A stretch of 64,000 bases of DNA from a bacterium. GTDB lineage: Bacteria; Armatimonadota; Zipacnadia; Zipacnadales; UBA11051. Positions 62,079-64,000 of the stretch are shown here, one piece after another. The translations under genes were made by a program, and so were the position numbers. The notes under the pieces were generated by a model, which was not told the origin of the DNA, searched no databases, and worked only from the letters and a program-made list of their open reading frames with translations. Position 1 is the first letter of the stretch, and the number at the start of each line of letters is the position of its first letter. The stretch spans positions 117 through 64,116 of the forward strand of contig JAJFUB010000017.1 of NCBI GenBank assembly GCA_021372615.1, given 5' to 3'.

Positions 62079-64000
62079 TTGCCCGAGGGGAAGGACGCTG
62101 AGATTCACGAACTGGAGGAGGTCCGCGCGCTGATGCGCAAGGGTCAGCGGCAGGGCTTCTTGAGCTATGCCGAGATCCAGGACGGCCTCAGCGAGAACGA
62201 AGACCTGGAGACGGAGGACATAGACGAGGTCTACCGGTTCTTGACCGACGCCGGCATCCGCATCGTGGACGAAGACGAGGCGGAGGAGCAGCAGGAGGAC
62301 GGTCTGGCGGAGGAGGAACTGGAGGAACTCGACGAGGTACCGATTGACGACTCGGTGCGCATGTACCTGCGCGACATCGGGCGCGTGCCGCTGCTCTCGG
62401 CCCAGGAAGAGGTCGAACTGGCGCGACGCATCCAGAAGGGCGAGGGCGCGGTCGAGTTCGACCCCCGGTCCAACACGCTGCACTTCACCCCCATGGAGCG
62501 CCTCGAGCCCCAGACCGTGTACAAGATCGCGGTGCGGGGCGGCGAGGGCGGTCTGCACGACATCGCCGGGCATTACCTCCAGAAGGATGACGTCTGGACC
62601 ATCCGCACCGGCTCGCCCGATGCGCGGCTGCATGTCGTGGAGTGCTTCCCCGCCGGCAAGAGCAAGGGCGTGGGCGTGACGCCCCTGGTCACGATTCACT
62701 TCAACGATGCGATCATGGCCGACAGCGTGTCGGCCGACACGGTCCATCTGACCGACAAGGCCGGGAAGCCCATCCCCGGGAAGCCGGAGATTGCCGACAA
62801 GCCCTTCGTCGTGCACCTCAAGCTGGCGGACAGGCTACGCTACCGCAATGTCTATCACCTCGTGGTCAAGGGTGGCCCGCAGGGCGTCCGCGGGGTGGGC
62901 AACGGCAAGCTGGACCGGGACTTCAAGGCTAACTTCGAGACCGTGGCGCAGAAGTCCGCCCCGCGCGTGGTGAGCACCGATCCCCCGTCGGGCGCGCCGG
63001 CCGCGCCGCGCGCCCGGGCGATCACCATCACCTTCGACCAGCGCCTGGTGCCCGGCAGCGTCACCGAGAGGACGGTCACGTTGCTCGACGTGATGGACAC
63101 CGCCGTGCCGGGCAGCGTCTACTATGACGACGAGCGGCGCGAGGTGCGCTTCGTGCCGGAGCGGGCGCTCATGTCGGACATGGCCTACACGCTGGGCCTG
63201 AAGGCGGGCAAGAACGGGCTGAAGGGTCTCGCGGGCTACAACCTCTCCGAGCCCTACCAGCTCACCTTCACCACCGGCGAGGACCTGGAGCCGCCGCAGA
63301 TCGTGAAGCGGTCGCCGCAGCCGGACAGCAAGGGCTCGCCGCTGCTGGGCGTCATTGGGGTCGGCTTCTCCAACCAGCTCGACCCGGGCACGGTGGACCC
63401 GGGGACGCTGGTGCTCAAGGATGAGGAGGCGGTGCAGGCGCTGGCCGAGGCCAACCTGCGGCTGGTGGTCAGCATCGCCCGCAAGTACACGGGCCGCTCC
63501 TCGATGAGCTTCCTGGACCTGATCCAGGAAGGCAACATGGGGCTGATGCGGGCGGTCGAGAAGTTCGACTACCGCAAGGGATACAAGTTCAGCACCTACG
63601 CCACCTGGTGGATCCGGCAGGCCATCACCCGTGCCATCGCCGACCAGGGCCGGATCATCCGCATCCCGGTACACATGGTCGAGACGATCAACCGCCTCGT
63701 GAAGACCTCACGGCAGCTCCTGCAGCAACTGGGCCGCGAGCCGACGCTGGAGGACGTCGCCGCCGAGATGGACATGCCGCTGGAGCGCGTGAGCGAGATC
63801 AAGCGCATCGCACCCGAGCCGCTGTCGCTCGAGGCCCCGGTGGGCGAGGAGGAGAACAGCCACCTCGGCGACTTCGTGCCGGATGAGGAGATCCACACGC
63901 CGGTGGACGCGGCCTCGAACCTGGTGCTGCGCGAGCAGCTCGAACGGGTGCTGGCGACGCTGAGCGAGCGCGAGCGCGAGGTGCTGAAGCTGCGGTTCGG
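62079..64000 (+). CDS. rpoD: Primary sigma factor RpoD (3' partial; runs off the window) with a ~330-aa beta-repeat insertion in the non-conserved region.
   Basis: Translated by hand from the TTG at 62079 (AGGAG RBS at 62065-62069). Acidic region 1.1, region 1.2 ([32 protein letters not shown]), region 2 ([39 protein letters not shown]...[15 protein letters not shown]), region 3 onward. No stop before 64000. Confidence 0.9.
   Translation, partial: MPEGKDAEIHELEEVRALMRKGQRQGFLSYAEIQDGLSENEDLETEDIDEVYRFLTDAGIRIVDEDEAEEQQEDGLAEEELEELDEVPIDDSVRMYLRDIGRVPLLSAQEEVELARRIQKGEGAVEFDPRSNTLHFTPMERLEPQTVYKIAVRGGEGGLHDIAGHYLQKDDVWTIRTGSPDARLHVVECFPAGKSKGVGVTPLVTIHFNDAIMADSVSADTVHLTDKAGKPIPGKPEIADKPFVVHLKLADRLRYRNVYHLVVKGGPQGVRGVGNGKLDRDFKANFETVAQKSAPRVVSTDPPSGAPAAPRARAITITFDQRLVPGSVTERTVTLLDVMDTAVPGSVYYDDERREVRFVPERALMSDMAYTLGLKAGKNGLKGLAGYNLSEPYQLTFTTGEDLEPPQIVKRSPQPDSKGSPLLGVIGVGFSNQLDPGTVDPGTLVLKDEEAVQALAEANLRLVVSIARKYTGRSSMSFLDLIQEGNMGLMRAVEKFDYRKGYKFSTYATWWIRQAITRAIADQGRIIRIPVHMVETINRLVKTSRQLLQQLGREPTLEDVAAEMDMPLERVSEIKRIAPEPLSLEAPVGEEENSHLGDFVPDEEIHTPVDAASNLVLREQLERVLATLSEREREVLKLRF

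Noticed and set aside
1-64000. Mobile element or genomic island boundaries
   Set aside because: No integrase, transposase, tRNA attachment site or extended direct repeats bounding the pilus block or the STAND pair. GC content appears uniform across the window.

Overview
This is a high-GC (~68-70%) bacterial chromosomal segment. Nearly every supported gene is on the + strand; the one exception is the first CDS (155..2086, minus strand). There are no rRNA or tRNA genes, no CRISPR array, and no transposase or integrase. Most long minus-strand ORFs in the track are antisense artefacts of the GC content.

Gene order:
- a secreted hypothetical protein (minus strand)
- a membrane-anchored STAND NTPase (DUF4062/TIR-like N-terminus, NACHT core) followed by a HEAT-repeat/zinc-ribbon membrane protein
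- rarA
- a STAS antagonist / anti-sigma kinase / SigB-like sigma factor partner-switching triad
- an AI-2E transporter
- alaS-ruvX-mltG
- a YqeG-type HAD phosphatase and aroE
- a large type IV pilus (T4P) locus
- aroB, a PASTA-domain protein, and an ECF sigma / zinc-finger anti-sigma / VIT-vWA / LpoB-like module
- a Zn-dependent alcohol dehydrogenase (MDR) and a secreted M/G/P-rich protein
- dnaG-rpoD (rpoD runs off the 3' end of the window)

The T4P locus reads pilB-pilT-pilC-pilD, then four prepilin-leader proteins of 263-644 aa (two of the H-X9-DG/DUF1559 type), then three giant proteins (1085, ~1816 and 1989 aa), then a consensus promoter and pilM-pilN-pilO-pilP, an N0-only secretin paralog, and pilQ.

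Most notable:
- the giant minor-pilin/adhesin block embedded in the T4P locus
- the DUF4062-NACHT + HEAT pair as a candidate defence/signalling module
- an rpoD whose non-conserved region carries about 330 aa of apparent Ig-like beta-repeats
- several families of very GC-rich perfect hairpin/inverted-repeat elements in intergenic regions
- shared low-complexity Gly-rich tails on the pilus alignment proteins

The feature table below is abridged; it omits lower-priority hairpin/terminator and inverted-repeat features.
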